Of a stretch of DNA of 64,000 bases, positions 1 through 8,961 are shown in pieces (position 1 is the stretch's first letter; each line of letters opens with the position of its first letter). This stretch comes from a virus: positions 15,559 through 79,558 of the IMG/VR virus record IMGVR_UViG_3300044490_000250; one strand, written 5' to 3'. The position numbers and the translations under genes were made by a program. The notes under the pieces are model-generated. The model did no database searches. It was not told the DNA's origin and saw nothing but the letters and a program-made list of their open reading frames with translations.

Positions 1-270
1 CCCCACAAGGACCACCCTCAGGACTGTCGGCGCTGGTTGTGTGAGCTGGAGGGTAGAGGGTGGAGAGACCCAGCGGATGATGAGGCCTTCCCCACCATGA
101 GTCAGTACCTTCGTCGGGGCCAGTTCTGGTCGGGGCTGTGCGGCACCGAGGGAGTGCGCGCGGGGAACCTCACGATCCTCTCCCAGTTTGGCTTCCAAGG
201 GTACGCCACAAAGGTGGACGAGCCGGCCCGCGACGATCTGGTGCGGGAGTTCGGTGAGTGGTGGAAATAG
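1..270 (+). CDS. 3' end of a gene truncated by the window edge (hypothetical)
   Basis: Frame open from base 1 to TAG at 268-270; no recognisable motif. Confidence 0.5.
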   Translation, partial: PHKDHPQDCRRWLCELEGRGWRDPADDEAFPTMSQYLRRGQFWSGLCGTEGVRAGNLTILSQFGFQGYATKVDEPARDDLVREFGEWWK

Positions 271-300
271 CGCGTAGCGCAGATACGAGAGATTGAGACG

Positions 301-873
301 ATGCCCCCCGACCCAGACTTCACGAACCCTGAGGCTGAGTACCGCTGGCTCACCAGCTTGACGCCTGGGCAACGAACGCCCGATCGGACGACACGGGAGC
401 TGCAGCTGAAGACGCACCTCCTGTCCGAGGCGGCTCGACGGCTGCACCAGCAGTACGATCTGCCGGCCCTCCAGCGCCTCCCTCCAGACCACGACCTCTG
501 CTACCAGTTGCTGCGCGTGGCGGCGGACGTGCGCCTGCCGGAAGACCCGGCGATCCTGTCGAGCATGAGCAGCAACCTCTACCTCGAACTCAACAACCTG
601 CGCGCCAACGTCGACTGCTACCGCGCCGCAGCCGCCGAGACAGCCACTGTGCTGGCCCGGCAGGTGGACATGCTCAAGGCGTTCTGGGCGACGGTCTGTC
701 CGCTCGACGAGAAGTTCCGGCGCGACGCGGTGTTCGAACACGAGGCCGCGGCCGTCCTGGACATCCAGGCGAAAGCGCAAGCCCTCTCGGCCACCGCCGA
801 GACGGTTCGGTGGTCGTTGCTGAATCACATCACCACGATCGATCGTGTGTTGGGGAGGAACAACCGGGACTAA
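301..873 (+). CDS. hypothetical helical protein in the replication module
   Basis: 190-aa ORF with GC3-rich codons, co-oriented with its neighbours. Confidence 0.6.
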   Translation: MPPDPDFTNPEAEYRWLTSLTPGQRTPDRTTRELQLKTHLLSEAARRLHQQYDLPALQRLPPDHDLCYQLLRVAADVRLPEDPAILSSMSSNLYLELNNLRANVDCYRAAAAETATVLARQVDMLKAFWATVCPLDEKFRRDAVFEHEAAAVLDIQAKAQALSATAETVRWSLLNHITTIDRVLGRNNRD

Positions 874-889
874 AAACGTGGCAGCGGCG

Positions 890-919
890 TTGACAATCAC
901 GTGGGAATATGCTTATAGC
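890..919 (+). promoter_or_regulatory. sigma70-type promoter
   Basis: TTGACA (890-895), 18 bp, TATAGC (914-919), followed by an AAGGAG RBS upstream of 965. Confidence 0.65.
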
Positions 920-964
920 CTAATGGCCCGAAAACAGGGCGACACCGCATAAGGAGAAGCACGC

Positions 965-1768
965 ATGAGCATGGTAGGTGGAGTGAACATCGGAGGCCAG
1001 CCGGAGTACGCAGAGAAGGGACGTAGCCGTTGGCGCTTGAGTCTGGGGGATGTCGACGGGTCGAAGAGCTACTTTCGGATTCTCACGATCGATCAGGTCC
1101 CGGGGCTGAGTGCCATCACCCCCACCGTCCCGCGGTACTACTACGCCCACGCCGTTCCGTGGCAGGACCTGGGGCGCAAGAAGGGCCAGTGGCCGATTCC
1201 TGTGTACTGCCTCTGCTCCCCCACTGCCCCCAACCCCAAGGGGGACTGGCCGAAGGACCCGGCGGGGGCGCAGGAGTGCGCGTCCATCGTACTCCCCAGC
1301 GGCCGTGGGCTGCACAGCTACGGGGAACCGGACCCGTTCGCGGTCTTCGCGGTCTACCAGTACACCGACAGCAACACGCCGGTGGAGGAACTTCGCAACT
1401 GGTCGTTCAAGGCGACGCAGCACCCCAAGGGGATGATGGAGCGCTTTCGGGCGCTGTTCCGTGAAAGCGCCGAGAACGGCGGGAACGCGAACAACATGGT
1501 CTGGTCGCTGGAGCGGCAGGGCCAGTTCCTCAGCTTGGGGTGTCAGGTCGCACTCCCCAACTCGAACTACGCTGAGCGCTTCCCGTGGGGCCCGCAGCAG
1601 CAGGCCAACGTTGCTCGCTGCGCCCCCGACTGTCTCGCGTGGTTCCTGCCGAAGCACACCAAGGAGAGCATCCTGGAAGACCTGCGGATCGAAAACAAGG
1701 CCGGCGTGACCTACGACGGCGGCACCGGCGGCCCCGGCGCGCAGTCGACGGTTCAGATGGAGGTGTGA
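965..1768 (+). CDS. putative gp32-like single-stranded DNA-binding protein
   Basis: FRIL..., YYYAH, VYCLC...C pattern resembling gp32-type SSBs; strong RBS; lies just upstream of the RecA-like gene. Confidence 0.5.
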   Translation: MSMVGGVNIGGQPEYAEKGRSRWRLSLGDVDGSKSYFRILTIDQVPGLSAITPTVPRYYYAHAVPWQDLGRKKGQWPIPVYCLCSPTAPNPKGDWPKDPAGAQECASIVLPSGRGLHSYGEPDPFAVFAVYQYTDSNTPVEELRNWSFKATQHPKGMMERFRALFRESAENGGNANNMVWSLERQGQFLSLGCQVALPNSNYAERFPWGPQQQANVARCAPDCLAWFLPKHTKESILEDLRIENKAGVTYDGGTGGPGAQSTVQMEV

Positions 1769-1769
1769 T

Positions 1770-2048
1770 GTGCCAGTGCGCGTGGTGGTCGGGATGTGCG
1801 CGGTGTTCCTGCTGATGGTTGTGGCCTTCGGGCTGGCGCTGAACAACGCTGAGGTGCTTCAGCGGGAGCGGGCGCAGCACCGCCTGGACGTGCGCCCAAA
1901 CGTGGCAGGAGCGTTCTCGGCTCGCTGGGAGTACCTGGACGGGAATCCGACGACCACTGTGGTCGGGGTGCTGTACCAGAACGGCGCAGTCGAATACTTC
2001 CGTGTGTCGTGGCCAGAGGAGGGCGTGGATGCCAAAGCAAGCCACTGA
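1770..2048 (+). CDS. small membrane-anchored protein
   Basis: Hydrophobic N-terminus VVVGMCAVFLLMVVAFGLAL. Confidence 0.55.
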   Translation: MPVRVVVGMCAVFLLMVVAFGLALNNAEVLQRERAQHRLDVRPNVAGAFSARWEYLDGNPTTTVVGVLYQNGAVEYFRVSWPEEGVDAKASH

Positions 2049-2940
2049 CCAGCAGAGTGTGCTGGGAGTGCTCCTGCGGAAGGGGCGCCGCCAAGGCCTC
2101 AGTCGGGGCAGCATCGCAACCGGGGTCCCCGCCCTTGACGGGTTGTTCACCAACACGTCTGGGGATGCACTGGGTGGGTTTCCTCGTGGGACCCACTGGG
2201 TGTTCGCCGGGAAGCCGAAGATCGGCAAGAGCCTCTTTCGGACTCACATGATCGCTGGCTGCCAGCGCCAAGGGCTGCGTGTGGCGCTGGTCGCCAGCGA
2301 GCGGGATGTGACCACGACAGGCGACGCGGCCTTGGAGGCGTTGGGGGTCGACGTGGAGGCGCTGCTACATCTCGGCGAACGTGAGGACGGCGGGATGTCC
2401 TACGTGCTGGAGGACACCCTGGGGGCTGTCGCTCAAGCCGCTCGCGCTGACCTGCTCGACGCGGTGTTCGTGGACAGTATGCCGTACCTTATCACCCGCG
2501 CGCAGGCGGAAGCGATCGTCCGCGGGGACAAGGCCAACGACGCCGACGACTACCTGAGCCGGCAGGCCAGGGCGTCGCAAGCGGCCGTGCTGGGGCAGTG
2601 GCTTCCAGGCATCGCGGGGGTGTGCGCGGACTACGGCGTCTCGCTGTTCATGGTGACCCACTACCACGAGAAGCCCGACGCTCAGCCCTACACCGACCCC
2701 CGCTACCTGACTGGAGGGTACGCGTTTCAGCATGTGGCCAGCGGCATCTTCTGGGTGAACAAGTGGCCGAAGAGCGAACTGAGAAAGGCTGAGAAGGAGG
2801 TGGCCGACAACCACTGGTTCTTCAAGCTGCAACTGAAGGAGTCGCGACTCAGCCCCAAGGTGGGCGAGGAGATCAAAGTAGCGCTCCCACTAAACTGCCC
2901 GCTGTGGGAGAGCACACTATATCAGCAAGGAGCAGACTGA
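2029..2940 (+). CDS. RecA/UvsX-like recombinase
   Basis: IATGVPALD...GGFPRG, Walker A GKPKIGKS, Walker B AVFVDS, TGGYAFQHVAS (cf. RecA TTGGNALKFYAS). Confidence 0.85.
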   Translation: MPKQATDQQSVLGVLLRKGRRQGLSRGSIATGVPALDGLFTNTSGDALGGFPRGTHWVFAGKPKIGKSLFRTHMIAGCQRQGLRVALVASERDVTTTGDAALEALGVDVEALLHLGEREDGGMSYVLEDTLGAVAQAARADLLDAVFVDSMPYLITRAQAEAIVRGDKANDADDYLSRQARASQAAVLGQWLPGIAGVCADYGVSLFMVTHYHEKPDAQPYTDPRYLTGGYAFQHVASGIFWVNKWPKSELRKAEKEVADNHWFFKLQLKESRLSPKVGEEIKVALPLNCPLWESTLYQQGAD

Positions 2941-3137
2941 TGGTCAAGGTCGGAGACACAGTCGTCATCAACGGCAAGACGATGGAAGTCACGAAGGTGC
3001 ACTGCGTCGACCTAGAGGACGGTCAGGTGGAGGCGCGGGCCGTGCTGGACAACCGCCGCGGGCGCCCGATGGCGGGGCGAGGGGCCACCGCGCAGAAGGC
3101 GATGGGGGCACTGACCCAGCGGCTGGGCCTCAAGTGA
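2940..3137 (+). CDS. small hypothetical protein
   Basis: ATG overlaps the RecA-like stop; AAGGAG RBS. Confidence 0.6.
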   Translation: MVKVGDTVVINGKTMEVTKVHCVDLEDGQVEARAVLDNRRGRPMAGRGATAQKAMGALTQRLGLK

Positions 3138-3146
3138 CCACGCTGA

Positions 3147-3176
3147 GAGAGTGGGCCCCCCTCAGGGCCCACTCTC
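3147..3176. terminator. GC-rich hairpin (terminator or processing stem)
   Basis: GAGAGTGGGCCC-ccctca-GGGCCCACTCTC; no U-tract. Confidence 0.45.
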
Positions 3177-3191
3177 CACTGGAGCGCGCCT

Positions 3192-3839
3192 GTGCTGACC
3201 CCCGAGGCCTTCGTTGAACGCTGCCAGCAGGAGTACAGGGGCTCCCCCGCAGAGGCTTACGTGCGGGCCCGAGGATGCTACGACGAGCAGCAGTTCGGCT
3301 ACGCGGGCGCGTGGGCGCCAGGGCAGTGGGCTGAGCGGCTGGTTCTCCCGTTACTGCACCCCTACCACGCTGAACTTGTCACCGTGACCGGACGCACCAT
3401 CGATGCTGCCGACAGCCGCCAGAAATACTACATGGCGCAGGGTACGAAGAAGCAGCGGGTGATCTACGGCCGGCCCCGCCCACAACGTCTATCTGGTCCT
3501 GTGGTGGTTGTCGAGGGCCAGCTAGACGTGTGGGCCCTGGAAGCACTGGGCATCCCAGCCTACGCGGTGCTGGGAGCCACCAGCGCCGCCAACGCCAACG
3601 CGCCTCGCTGCCTCATCACTCCGTGGCAGGCGGGGTTGCTGCGCCGCATCACCGACACCGTCATCGTCTGGCCAGACCAGGACGTGTTCGCCACGACTGC
3701 GCCCATCTGGGAGCGTGATCTGCAGAAATCCGGACTGCGCGTCTTGCGCTGGAGCTACCCCGATGCGGGGGGAGACCCCGATACGACGGCTCAGCGCCAC
3801 GGGGCTGACCTACAGGCTGCCTACCGGAGGTTGCTGTGA
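3192..3839 (+). CDS. DnaG-type primase, TOPRIM domain, no N-terminal zinc finger
   Basis: ERLVLP...GR...KY, VVVEGQLD, VIVWPDQD, GGDPD. Confidence 0.8.
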   Translation: MLTPEAFVERCQQEYRGSPAEAYVRARGCYDEQQFGYAGAWAPGQWAERLVLPLLHPYHAELVTVTGRTIDAADSRQKYYMAQGTKKQRVIYGRPRPQRLSGPVVVVEGQLDVWALEALGIPAYAVLGATSAANANAPRCLITPWQAGLLRRITDTVIVWPDQDVFATTAPIWERDLQKSGLRVLRWSYPDAGGDPDTTAQRHGADLQAAYRRLL

Positions 3840-4177
3840 CCCGCTATGTCTACTTTCACGATGTGTGGCTCGACCGCCGTTTGTTGACCGTCCACCGCGC
3901 GATGCTCATGCTTTGGGGGTCGGCCACTGCGCTGTTTGTTCAGTCCCAGCTACTCAACATCCGTGTCTCCCAGATCGAAGGGAAGCCCACCAACGTGTCG
4001 GTGGGGTTCGTGGGAGGCGGCTACGATGTGGCAGGCGAGCTGCACCTTGACAACCCAGACCCCAACGTGGTAACCTGCGCTCAGGCGACTTGGCGCAAGC
4101 ACGGGGAGCAGCACCAGCTGCTGCTGTGCGGCCCCATCATTCGACGCGCCCCGGGGGAGAGACGTAGTGGCAGCTAA
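3836..4177 (+). CDS. hypothetical protein
   Basis: Overlaps both neighbouring genes, consistent with translational coupling. Confidence 0.6.
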   Translation: MTRYVYFHDVWLDRRLLTVHRAMLMLWGSATALFVQSQLLNIRVSQIEGKPTNVSVGFVGGGYDVAGELHLDNPDPNVVTCAQATWRKHGEQHQLLLCGPIIRRAPGERRSGS

Positions 4178-5396
4178 ACTCCAGCGCTTGACGGCGAGTA
4201 ACCTGGGTCCCTACGAGCAGCTCGACGTTCCGCTTGGGGAGGGCCTGACCGCGGTACTAGGCGCGAACATGGCGGGGAAGACGTGGTTGCAGATCGCCGC
4301 CCGGGAAGTCCTGCTCAACGACGGCCGAAGCTACGAGCGGCTGGCGCACACCCCGGGCGCTCCGGTGGAGATGGGGCTTGAGTTCGACAACGGCCTGCGG
4401 GTCGTGAGGCGGCGCACTGGACGGCAAGACAAGGACGGCCGGTGGACCACCGCCAAGAACGAGATAGAGGTCTGGGCCCCAGACGGGCAGCACCTGCAGC
4501 TGAGCCCAGGGCAGGGCCCCAACGGTACGGTCACTGAGCTCACGGGCGTGGACGTGCAGGTGTTGGCGAAGGACTGGAAGGACTGCTTGACCTTCCAGGG
4601 CGCCAACGACCCCAAGTTCTTGCTGGCCGAGGGAGCGGGGCGGCAGGAAAGCGCGTTGGCCAGGGTGATGGGCGTGGACGTACTCGAAGCGGCCAGTGAC
4701 ATCCTGAGCACCCAGCTAACCGCAGCCCGGCGTAAAGAAGGGGCAGTCCGCGAACAGGTCAAGGCGCTGCAGACACAGTTGGAACCGTTGGCTGTCCTGG
4801 ACGACGCGGAAGTCTTCGTCGTTGAGGCGGAGCGGCAGGAGCAGCTGGTCCACCAGCTGTCGCAGGACTTGGAATGGGCGGTCCCCCGCGTAGCTGCGTG
4901 GGAAGCCGGCGGCGTATGGGTGCGCCGCGCTCGCGCCGCGCTGAGCGACGTGAAGGTGGTCGAAGTCGGCCCGTTGATGGAGCAGCAGCGGGAGGTGGCT
5001 CAGGCCAGAGCCAAGGTCGCCGAGGTGCAGAGCGGGCGTGCTGCGCTCGAACAGCTACGTCTGGTCTCCCAGGTGGCTGTGCCCCAGCCGATACCGACTG
5101 ACTCCACCCTCCCAGCCGCGCGTCGGCACTGCGCCGCGGCCGAGAGCGTCGGCCGCTTCCGTGGTTTCGTGGAAGCGGCGGGTGCCGTGCTGAGCGGGGT
5201 GCCTCCCCTGGTCGACGAGACGGCGAGCGGGGCGCAGCACGCCCTGTCGTTGGCGGCGCTCCGGCAGGCAGAGGTGGACGTGGAACAGACGGAGCGCGCG
5301 CTGTCCCAGACGAGGCGCAGACACACTCAGGCGCTGGTCGACCTTGGTACTTGCCCGACGTGTGGGCAGGCCACGGCGCCGATGGTTGAGGTGTGA
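4167..5396 (+). CDS. Rad50/SbcC/gp46-like ATPase, N-terminal half, ending at the zinc hook
   Basis: NLGPY...GLTAVLGANMAGKT (Walker A), FQ Q-loop, coiled coil, C-terminal CPTCGQ. Confidence 0.85.
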   Translation: MAAKLQRLTASNLGPYEQLDVPLGEGLTAVLGANMAGKTWLQIAAREVLLNDGRSYERLAHTPGAPVEMGLEFDNGLRVVRRRTGRQDKDGRWTTAKNEIEVWAPDGQHLQLSPGQGPNGTVTELTGVDVQVLAKDWKDCLTFQGANDPKFLLAEGAGRQESALARVMGVDVLEAASDILSTQLTAARRKEGAVREQVKALQTQLEPLAVLDDAEVFVVEAERQEQLVHQLSQDLEWAVPRVAAWEAGGVWVRRARAALSDVKVVEVGPLMEQQREVAQARAKVAEVQSGRAALEQLRLVSQVAVPQPIPTDSTLPAARRHCAAAESVGRFRGFVEAAGAVLSGVPPLVDETASGAQHALSLAALRQAEVDVEQTERALSQTRRRHTQALVDLGTCPTCGQATAPMVEV

Positions 5397-5399
5397 TCG

Positions 5400-6395
5400 A
5401 TGCCCACCTTCGTAGGCATCACCGACATCCACATGGCTCAGCGACTGAGTCGCTACCGCCCGAACGCCGCAGGCGACATCATAGCGAAGGTGAGCTACGC
5501 CGCCCACCGCGCCTACGAACTGGACGCGGCCTTGCTGTGCGCCGGGGATTGGTTCCACCGCGCCGACTGCTCATTCGGTACGGTCAGCCGACTCGCGGAT
5601 GTTGTTGCGGGGGTCCCAAACCACGTAGTGGGGGTTACAGGGCAGCACGATCTCCCGGATCATGGGGACTGGCGCAGAGGACCCACGTACTCGATGTCAT
5701 GGCGCGTCGGTCCTGGGGGTTTAACTGGAGACCCAATTCCGTCGATTCTAAGACTGGGTTCTCCACACGGACTGTCGGGTTGGCCATCCTTTTTGCTCCT
5801 GCCTTACGGGGCCCCGCTCACGCCAGAGGCCCTCGCTGACGCAGCCTTCGCGATGCCAGAGCGTGCGGGATGTTCGGTGGACTACGGTGTCGGTATCATC
5901 ATCGTCCACGCCATGCTGACGCCCAAGCCGGTGGCGTTCGACCACATCCTGCTGAGCGACTTTGAGCAGCGGTTGCCCCAGGACGGCCGAGAACGCGTGG
6001 TGTTCAGTGGCGATCTTCACAACGGGTACGACGTGCAGAAGATCAACGATACGTGGTTTTGCAACCCTGGGGCTCTCACCCGCACCAGCCGCGATGACGC
6101 CCAGCGCCAACCTCAGTTGCTGGTGCTGGAGTGGAGCAACGGGGTCCAGAACCTGTGGTACGAGCCCGTGCCATGCCGGCCCGCCGAGGAGGCGTTTGAC
6201 ATGGAGGGGTACGGCGTGGAGCAGGAGTCGCCGGTTGAGCGAGACTCCGAGTTCGCCGCGGCGCTGCAGCAGCTGGGAGAGCGCGCGGCGGCCGGCATGG
6301 AACTCTCGATGGCCAGCCTGGACGTGTCCGAAGAGGTACGTGACGCGATCGAGGCAGCGCTCGGTGTCGCCCGGGAACGGCTCGGGTACAAGTAG
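5400..6395 (+). CDS. Mre11/SbcD/gp47-like metallophosphoesterase nuclease
   Basis: DIH, GDWFH, GQHD, VHAM, GDLH and NPG motifs. Confidence 0.85.
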   Translation: MPTFVGITDIHMAQRLSRYRPNAAGDIIAKVSYAAHRAYELDAALLCAGDWFHRADCSFGTVSRLADVVAGVPNHVVGVTGQHDLPDHGDWRRGPTYSMSWRVGPGGLTGDPIPSILRLGSPHGLSGWPSFLLLPYGAPLTPEALADAAFAMPERAGCSVDYGVGIIIVHAMLTPKPVAFDHILLSDFEQRLPQDGRERVVFSGDLHNGYDVQKINDTWFCNPGALTRTSRDDAQRQPQLLVLEWSNGVQNLWYEPVPCRPAEEAFDMEGYGVEQESPVERDSEFAAALQQLGERAAAGMELSMASLDVSEEVRDAIEAALGVARERLGYK

Positions 6396-6436
6396 CGGGG
6401 CCGGTCAGGCCCCGTAGAAGAAGAAGGAGACCCCTG

Positions 6437-6724
6437 ATGGGCTCGGTCGATCTCAACGCCATCAACCAAGAGGCGGAACAGTTGCAGCGGCGCCTGGGGG
6501 CGCTGCAGGCTACGCTGAAAGAGCGGGAACGCCAGCACCAAGAGCTGGAGGAGCACCTGCGCGCGGCCGGCTACCCGGTGGACAGCGGACCGGAGGCCGT
6601 CGCGGCCGAATGCGCGCGCCGTGAGCAGCAACTCGAAGCCGCAGCGCAGGCCGCACAGGAGGCCAACCGCAGGGCGGCGCTGTTGCTAGATCAGGCTGAG
6701 GGGAAGGTGGAGATTGCTGTCTAA
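6437..6724 (+). CDS. small coiled-coil protein (possible Rad50 coil segment)
   Basis: Heptad-rich E/Q/A/R/L sequence; AAGGAG RBS. Confidence 0.65.
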   Translation: MGSVDLNAINQEAEQLQRRLGALQATLKERERQHQELEEHLRAAGYPVDSGPEAVAAECARREQQLEAAAQAAQEANRRAALLLDQAEGKVEIAV

Positions 6725-7334
6725 CGCGCGTCAGCGACTTTCGCTACTGCAGGGCAGCCGAGCCACGCTGCGGGGGCAGCTGGCCGCCGCTGAGGCGCAG
6801 TTGGCTGCGATCGACACCGAGACCCGCGTGGGGGCGGAGGCGCTCCGTGTGGTGGAGGAGCTGGCGCAGGGCACCCGCCAGACGACGGGGCAGAGCGTCA
6901 GTGCGCTTTGCACCAGCGCCATGCGTGACGTGTTCGGGGACACCGCCGGCTGCTCCTTGCGCTGGGTTCCGGTCGGGTCACGGGGGGAGTACCAACCTCA
7001 GTTCCTCAGCTGGGATCGGGACGGTGTGGCCCAGGACCCACTGGACGGCAACGGCAACAGCGCGGCGTGTATCATCGCGCTCGCCCTGCGTGTGTGGTTC
7101 CTCGTAAGGATGGGTGGCCCCCGTCTGCTGTGGTTGGACGAGCCGTTGGCTGGCGTCAGCATCGAGAACCAGCCAAGGGCGGTGAGCTGGCTGCGGCAGT
7201 TGGCCGAGGACCTCGACATCCAGATCGTGCTGGTGTCGCATACCGATCCCGAGGTGATGCGGGCCTCCTCCAACCAAGTGCTGGAGGTCACTCGTCAAGG
7301 GCTTGTCAGTGAGGTGCGCCTTGTCGAAAACTGA
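6714..7334 (+). CDS. Rad50/SbcC-like ATPase, C-terminal half
   Basis: Degenerate signature DGNGNS, IALALR, Walker B/D-loop LLWLDEPLAGV, H-loop VLVSH. Confidence 0.85.
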   Translation: MLSNARQRLSLLQGSRATLRGQLAAAEAQLAAIDTETRVGAEALRVVEELAQGTRQTTGQSVSALCTSAMRDVFGDTAGCSLRWVPVGSRGEYQPQFLSWDRDGVAQDPLDGNGNSAACIIALALRVWFLVRMGGPRLLWLDEPLAGVSIENQPRAVSWLRQLAEDLDIQIVLVSHTDPEVMRASSNQVLEVTRQGLVSEVRLVEN

Positions 7335-7719
7335 GCGGATGGTCATGCGGCTGGTTGGGGAGTGGAAGGAGCGCCTGGGGCTGGTGGGGTGGGAGGTGCA
7401 GGTGTTCTTCATCAACGACCGGTACATCGAAGTAGATGAGGAAGGGTTGACGGTGCAGGCCAGGGTGACGTGCCGCGCGGCGCTCAAGCATTGCTCGCTT
7501 GAGCTCGCCATGCTGGAGGTGTCAGACGAGTGCGTGCGGTGGCTGGTGTGCCATGAGATGCTGCACGTGGCCCTCACCAACCTACGCGAGGTGACGAAGA
7601 CAGCGGTGCAGGAGTTGTCCCCTCAGGCGGCGTCTGTGGTGCAGCGGCTACACGATCTCCACGAGGAGGCGTTGGTTGTGACGCTCACCCACGCCTTCGA
7701 GCAAGGAGCGCCTCAATGA
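7321..7719 (+). CDS. HExxH zinc metallopeptidase-like protein
   Basis: LVCHEMLHV motif; start uncertain (7303, 7321 or 7339). Confidence 0.6.
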   Translation: MSKTERMVMRLVGEWKERLGLVGWEVQVFFINDRYIEVDEEGLTVQARVTCRAALKHCSLELAMLEVSDECVRWLVCHEMLHVALTNLREVTKTAVQELSPQAASVVQRLHDLHEEALVVTLTHAFEQGAPQ

Positions 7720-7892
7720 GGTGTCGAGTGCAGGATGGAGGTGTTCGAGTGGACGGCGTTTCTGGGCTACTCCCCGGACAGGTCATCACGTTTACGGTGG
7801 AGGAGATCGAGATACTGGAGGAGTGCCTGCAGCAACTACAGATCGAGGCGTTGGCCGAGATCGTGGAACTGGACGAGCTCGGTCTAGGCTGA
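7716..7892 (+). CDS. small acidic protein (58 aa)
   Basis: ATGA overlap with the upstream stop, AAGGAG RBS; MRCRVQDGG...ELDELGLG. Below the ORF-track size cutoff. Confidence 0.5.
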   Translation: MRCRVQDGGVRVDGVSGLLPGQVITFTVEEIEILEECLQQLQIEALAEIVELDELGLG

Positions 7893-7952
7893 GCCGCCCC
7901 ATCGCCGGCGCGCCCTCTTCCTGGGTGGGCGCCGCAGAAGGGACAACCACAC

Positions 7953-8783
7953 ATGATGCCAGCGTTGCGGAGAGTGGCGGAGATCGCGGAGCAGGTCGCA
8001 CGAGAGGGGAAGCAGCGGAAGGTTGTCACGGTCAACGGAGTGCCATTCAACACCGCGGAGCGGGGCTACTGCTTGCGGTTTGTGCGGCTGGCGCTCACGG
8101 CCGCCATCCGAGAGGTCGACCCCAGCTACGTGTTCGGCGCGCAGTGGGTGGCCGACCCAGAGTGGAGCTACTTTCCGTGGTTTGCCCAGTACGCCAGCCA
8201 GTCTTGCCAGAAGCTGCAGAAGGGCGGGGAGGGGCTGTTCGGGCACTACGGCCACATCAGCACGCCGTCACCAGGGGACATCGTGGGCTTCGAGCCGTAC
8301 AGCCGACCCCCAGGCCACATCGCGATCTTCCTGGGGGGCGGTCGGATAGCGGAGAACACCAGCAGCGCAGAGCGAGGGCCGGGCACCGTCATCTCAAGCC
8401 TGGAGCACCCCACCTTGCAGGGACGAGCGCACTTCTTCCGGGTGCTGCCGCAGCAGGTGGGGGGGACGGACCTGCTGGTGGTGGGGCCTGACGGCAAGCC
8501 GATTGTCTGCGCTCCCACCGAGGAGGACGGTGTGACCACGGCCGACTTGCAGCCGTTGGTGGAGGCGCTCAACCTTCAACTGCAGGCCAGCATCGGGGTA
8601 GGGGGTTACGGGCAGATGCTAACCTCCACCGTCGTTTCCTGGACCGCGCGCGTGCGCCTGCGCCGGTTGCTGGAGGCGTGCGGCTACGCTGTCAACTTCG
8701 TAGTCCACCCCGATGGCCGGCAGCGCATCTACGTGCAGCACAAGGAACAGAGGCTGGACATCCCGGAGGGGGCGCACCTGTAG
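7953..8783 (+). CDS. endolysin/cell-wall peptidase (CHAP/NlpC-P60-like) with C-terminal putative wall-binding domain
   Basis: GYCLRFVR (catalytic Cys), PGDIV, GHIAIFLGGGRIAEN (His); C-terminal VRLRRLLEACGYAV resembles copper-amine-oxidase-N-like stalk domains. Confidence 0.75.
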   Translation: MMPALRRVAEIAEQVAREGKQRKVVTVNGVPFNTAERGYCLRFVRLALTAAIREVDPSYVFGAQWVADPEWSYFPWFAQYASQSCQKLQKGGEGLFGHYGHISTPSPGDIVGFEPYSRPPGHIAIFLGGGRIAENTSSAERGPGTVISSLEHPTLQGRAHFFRVLPQQVGGTDLLVVGPDGKPIVCAPTEEDGVTTADLQPLVEALNLQLQASIGVGGYGQMLTSTVVSWTARVRLRRLLEACGYAVNFVVHPDGRQRIYVQHKEQRLDIPEGAHL

Positions 8784-8837
8784 CCCTACAACACACCGTG
8801 TTGTTGGACGAGATTGTCAACATCTGCGAACAGCGAC

Positions 8838-8862
8838 GCCCGGTAGGACCATCCTACCGGGC
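8838..8862. terminator. hairpin at the convergence of the two transcription arms
   Basis: GCCCGGTAGGA-cca-TCCTACCGGGC. Confidence 0.6.
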
Positions 8863-8870
8863 TTCGTTAC

Positions 8871-8958
8871 TGGAGAGGGGCAGGGCCGGATTCGATACCG
8901 GCACTTGGAGTCCCCTTTCAAGAGGGGCGCGTGTCGCTGCTTTTGGACTACCTGCCCC
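8871..8958 (-). ncRNA. atypical tRNA-like element (possible anticodon UGA, Ser) or pseudo-tRNA
   Basis: GGGGCAGG/CCTGCCCC acceptor stem, U8-A9, GTC/GAC D stem, CCCCT-CTTGAAA-GGGG anticodon arm, GCCGG-TATCGAAT-CCGGC T arm, 3' TCTCCA. Confidence 0.55.
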
Positions 8959-8961
8959 ACG

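Noticed and set aside
8795-8820. Minus-strand TTGACA at 8815-8820 as a promoter
   Set aside because: No -10 hexamer at 16-18 bp.
8871-8958. Calling the tRNA-like element tRNA-Sec (selC)
   Set aside because: TCA appears only on the strand where the arm order is reversed; there is no long variable arm or extended D stem.
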